This document shows positions 59,089-64,000 of a stretch of DNA of 64,000 bases, piece after piece. The notes below the pieces were generated by a model. It was not told the origin of the DNA. It was given only the letters and a program-made list of their open reading frames with translations, and searched no databases. The stretch covers positions 144,088,001 to 144,152,000 of the forward strand of contig JBITNC010000001.1 in the NCBI GenBank assembly GCA_050084985.1, in the 5' to 3' direction. Position numbers and translations under genes: made by a program. Every line of letters begins with the position of its first letter. Within the stretch, counting starts at the first letter, position 1. The DNA is from Nageia nagi (lineage: Eukaryota; Plantae; Pinophyta).

Positions 59089-62000
59089 TGTTCCTGAGAG
59101 CAGTTAGATATTCCCTTCAAAACAGAGATTTAGTACAACATCCAGTGCAAAACTATGCACAAGTTTCAGATATAGACATATATATAATGAGAACGGAAGA
59201 TTTTAATATGCAAGAATAGCAGTTCACAATAGCATAATGTTAAGAGTCGAGGTTAAGAAAAACTTGGGACGCATTTTGAACAGCTTTGTGATAGTACAAG
59301 TATAGAAAATATTAGTAAGTGATAACATTCTGGAGCCTTAAGGCAAAATATTGTGGCCTATATTTAGCACCAAATTGCCTTTATGTTCAGCTGATTCAGA
59401 ACTAACTAGTGAGCATTTCATAAAGCGACACTTAAATGATTTAAGAATATGAATTTCTCGTTTTCAATTGAGAAGTATTCTACTTTCATTGATTTGAAAA
59501 ATGAGATCATTACATATATAGGTTTTGGATAAATCCAGAAATAGATTACTAAATATAAACTCAAATTGCATGATCACAACTTGTTACAATCCAATGTAAA
59601 AGCTAAGTAATACATGCTAAATCTACCCTATAATACTAGGTGACAACTAGGCGAAACATCAACCCAAGTCAACATCATCTATGCTAAAGCTTGCCTAGTG
59701 TTGGGCGCGGTGTGCCTGGGGAACAATTTGCTGGGCACGATGTGCTTGGGTCTAGGTATGCTATGGTTGGGGAACAATTTGCTGGGCGCAGTGCGCCTTT
59801 GAACAGAGAGCTAGGAATTTCAAAAAACTCAATCTTGGACCTTGAGTAGCAAGCCAAATTTCCAACATTCTCCCCCTTGATGTTGAGGGGACTTATTATC
59901 AGGCTTCTTAGCTTCATAAACTAAACAACTCCTTTGGTCAAGATATTTGCAATATTGTCTAGGGTGTTGCAATGTTTCAGTTTGATGATATCCTTCTCCA
60001 TCATATCTCGGATGAAGTGATATTTCATGTCACAATGTTTGAATTTGTTGTGATGGATTGGATTAAGTGTTAATTGGATGGCACTTTGGTTGTTACATAA
60101 CAAAATAGTAGGATCATTTTGTTTCTCATTAAGTTCCTCCAAAACTTTCGTAACCACAATGCTTGGGCACTAGCACTTGTGATTACATTATACTATGCTT
60201 TAGTAGATGAAAGAGCAATAGTGGTTTGCTTCTTCGAACTCCATGAGATGAGTCCAGTACCAAGGCTAAAGCAATGTTCGGATGTAGACTTTCTATCATC
60301 CAAGTTACTGACCCAATCAGAGTCATTATAACCACAAAGTTTAACTCATCATGCTTGCAGTAGTGTATGCCAAATTATGATGTACCTTTGACATACCTCA
60401 AAATCATTTTGGTTGCCTTCATGTATTCTTTAGTAGGATCACTTATGTACCTAAACATAAGTGACACAACATGAGCAATATCTGGCCTAGTATTGGTGAG
60501 AAACATCAAGCTCCCAACTAGGCTTCTAAACAAGGTTACATCAAACTTGGTTGTTCTGTCATCTCTACATAATAGCTTGTCATAAGCTATTGGAGTGGGA
60601 AGTGGTTGGCATTCATCCATACCATACTTCTTTAAAATGTCATGAGCATATTTGGATTGATAAATGAAAATATCACCTTTGCTTTGAGTTACCTCCATGC
60701 CAAGGAAATAGTGCATCGGTCCAAGATCTTTCATCTCAAATTCTTGCATCATAGAGGCTTGGAAGTCAGCATTCAATTGTGCACAACTACCCATATAGAT
60801 TAGATCATCAACATATAAGCATACAAGTATGATATCTTGATATTTCTTCATGATGTAGAGAGTGGGCTCACTCTTGCTCCTCGTGAAACCATATTGATGG
60901 AAGTAACCATCAATCCTTGCATACCAAGCTCTTGGAGCTTGCTTGAGGCTATACAAGGCTTTCTTTAACATATGCACAAGACTTTCACTCCCTTCTACCT
61001 CAAAGCCTTAAGGTTGTTGCACATAGACCTCTTCATCCAAATAGTCAGTAAGGAATGCACTTTTGACATCCATATGATTCACTAGCCAACCTTTGTGTGT
61101 AGCCAAGGAAAGGACCATTCGGTTTGTCTCTTGGCTTGCTACCAAAGCAAATGTCTCTTCATAATCAATGCCATAGCGTTGGGTGAAGCCCTTTGTTACA
61201 AGCTTTGCCTTGTGTCTCTCAATGCCTCCATCAGCATTGTATTTGGTTTTATGGACCCATTTGTACCCAAGTATCATTCCTGTTGATGGAAGAAATCTCT
61301 TCCTCCATAGCCTTCAACCATAAATCATTAGTGCAAGCTTGATCATAGTTAGATGGTTCAATTTCTATACTAGTTATCAAAGCATAGTTAACTACATCAC
61401 CTTTGGGTTCATGATTATCCTCATCATCATACATATTCAAATTTTCAAAGCTTTTTATAACTTGATCAAGTTCACTTGCTTGGCTCCTTGTGAGTCTTGA
61501 GAAATTCTGAACCAACATTTGGTTGGATGGGTATGTTTGATACCTTACTTTGCTTCTTCTACTTTGGAAAGTGAAGACTTTTCTTTGTTGGTCTGATTCA
61601 AAGGCTGCACTTTAGAGAAGCTATCTTCGTTGGATTCATCATCATCAATGAGTTTTTGATGGTCCCATTCTTTCCCTTCATCAAAAATTACATCTGTAGA
61701 TACAACCTTATAAGTTTTCGGATTATACAATCTATATGCTTTGGTTTGCCAATAGCCAAAAAAAAACACATTCTTGACTCTTAGGATCTTTCTCCTATTT
61801 TCATCAGGAATGTGAGCATAAGCAAGACAACCAAAAACTCTAAAATGCTTAACAATAGGTTTTTTCTCATACCATGCCTCATAACGTGTGGTGCCATCCA
61901 AGCTTGAAGTTGGACATCTATTCAAGATGTATACTATTGTCCTTACTGCATCAGCCCAATATATATTGCTCAAATTTTTGCTTTGTAACATGCTCCTTGC

Positions 62001-63419
62001 CATGTCCACTATGGTTTGGTTCTTCCTCTCCGATACACCATTTTGTTGTGGAGTATAGGTAATTGTGATTTGCCTCTTTATTCCACAATCCTTGCGAAAC
62101 TTGAGTAATTCATTAGAGCAAAACTCTTCTCCTCTATCAGTCCTTAAACACTTTACAACACATTCACTTTGCTTTTCCACATGAGTTTTAAAGTCTTTAA
62201 AACGATAAAAAGATTGATTTTTGGAAGTTAGCAAATAAATCCAATATATCCTTGTGTAATCATCTATTAAAGTGAGGAAGTAGGACTTCTTACCAATACT
62301 TTGTGTTTGCATAGGGCCACAAATATCAAAATGCACCAATTGAAGGGGATAGGAAGCTCTCCAAGCTTGGCCTCTTGGAAACTTCATTCATGAGTGCTTT
62401 CCCAAGGCACATCCTTCACACAATGTCTCCTTTTCTTCGATCTTGGGCAGCCCATGGACCATTTGTTGATATGTCAACAATTTCAAACTTGGGTAGCTAA
62501 GATGGCCATATCTCATACGCGAAAGCCAACTCTTGTTCTCCATGACTACATTTGCTAGTTGGGCATAATCTTCGCTGAACTGAGTACAAATAATCTATTC
62601 TTGGTCATTGGGACTATAGTGATGAGCCTATGACCATTGTTCTTATCATAGATCACACACTTTCTATCTTAAAAACCAAGCTTATAGTTCTTCTCCATAA
62701 TTTGTCCCACACTTAGCAAATTGTGTTTGAGATTGGGAGTATAGTAGATGCTATATAACTTCTTGGTACCTTCTTTGGTGTTGACTTCCATGGTTCCCAA
62801 GCCTTCCATGGTCAATGTATTGTCATCTCTAAGCTTTATCTTGGATTTGAAATAGTTGTCCATTGAAGCAAGCAACTCTTCTTTTTCGATCATGTGATTA
62901 GAAGCACCAGTATGAAGAATCCAAGTTTCATTGAGATTTTGATTTGTCTTCCCATAAGACAAAAACAAATTGGAGGTCTCATCCTTTTCTCCATAATTGG
63001 CCGCACTTGCTCCTTCTTGAGCGGCCTTAGCTCTACACTCTCGCTCATAGTGCCCAAATTTGTTACAATAGTAACATTTTTTGTTTTGCTTGTCTCCCTC
63101 TCCATTCAAGCCACTTCTACCTCTTCCACGAGTAACTCCTCTCCTTCCTCTTCCTCTTCATCTTGAAGATTGTTGGCCTCTCCCTTGTGCATAGGAAGCT
63201 TCAACCTCCTTTATTGCATAAGCCTTTTTATCATCCATAGCAACCGATGATTGTGTAGAATCTTGGAGCCTCTCTTCATGGGACATCAAGGATCCTAGGA
63301 GCTGATTATAAGTGAGGGTAGATAGATCTTTGGACTCTTCAATTACAATCGCTACATGGTTCCACTTGGGAAGAAGTGTTCTCAACACTTTCTTCACTAT
63401 ATCAACATTCAGAACCTCC
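59089..63419 (-). mobile_element. Decayed Ty1/copia element downstream of the gene (gag C-part, PR, IN, RT, RH, PPT, 3' LTR starting at 59867)
   Basis: ORFs carry VLRTLLPKWNHVA, CYYCNKFGHYEREC, RTDRGEEF, LYVDD and CNNQSAI. PPT TCAAGGGGGAGAA (minus, 59880-59868) is followed by TGTTGG. The distal LTR end (~59089) is a guess. Confidence 0.9.
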
Positions 63420-64000
63420 TACAAAGATAGGCTTATAGAGATCGCCACAACTTACACCTACCTGAGAGTGCTCTTCATGGGACCTCGTTTCTCTATGTGA
63501 ACGACAACCCCACCTAGAGTTCAATGCAAATATGCAGTAGCTTCCTCCATGGAGAGACAGTGTGCCCAACTTCATTTCTAGGATATACAATCCAAGCTCC
63601 AGTTATTCCACAGGCCCTAGCTTGAGGAGCTCGGATTGGGCCACAGTCAAGAGGATCTTGGTTAGCACACTATCCTGCTCTATTCAGAGCAAGAGGTTTG
63701 CTCCACACCACATTATGTTGGTAGAGTTTGGTTATCAGCCTTTACAGATATGGTCCCTTGCATTGATGATCCTCTTTTTTCATCATCTTTTCACCTTTGC
63801 CTCTATGGATCGAGATGATCGACTCCCCTACATAGCCTTGGCATCGTCCATGGACTTGACAGTTCAGGGTTGTCGTTGGTGTTGGTTCTTGGAGGCCTCC
63901 GAGGCATTGCAGCGCTTTGGGTTTTTGTCGGACCAGTTACCTATACCCTAAGGAGACACTGATAGAGACCCTGATGTTACGTTGGCTTCGATCAAAGACA
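63420..64000. mobile_element. Unrelated sequence interrupting the copia gag (probable nested insertion, runs off the window)
   Basis: Gag homology stops abruptly at ~63419. The following sequence is more GC-rich and has no recognisable motifs. Confidence 0.45.

Overview
Eukaryotic nuclear DNA from a large-genome land plant. The low GC, very long TE-filled introns and heavily C>T-decayed retroelements suggest a gymnosperm/conifer (inference). One host gene dominates the window: a 6-exon ER glucosidase II alpha subunit (GH31, RSW3/PSL5-like, ~916 aa, + strand, 25816-58476) with a 1-nt frameshift in a G-run of exon 1 that is probably an assembly error. Its 23.3-kb intron 3 holds three main elements. 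The first is a very young full-length Ty1/copia element (30185-38948; 524-bp LTRs differing at 1 nt; GTGTA target-site duplication, TSD) inserted in the A-box of a tRNA-derived SINE. It carries a captured PPR-gene fragment in a ~3-kb, possibly spliced leader and a 5-copy covarying RNA-hairpin array in its 3' UTR. The second is a Tat-like gypsy 3' fragment with a ~1000-codon unknown ORF, its own TATA box and an upstream array of 8 palindromes. The third group is older LTR debris. Intron 5 holds a tandem duplication, a non-autonomous hAT element (8-bp TSD) and a TSD-flanked, poly(A)-tailed L1-like element encoding only ORF1. The flanks contain decayed copia, L1 and Ogre/Tat elements and two more PPR pseudogene fragments. 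No rRNA, intact tRNA or CRISPR array was found.
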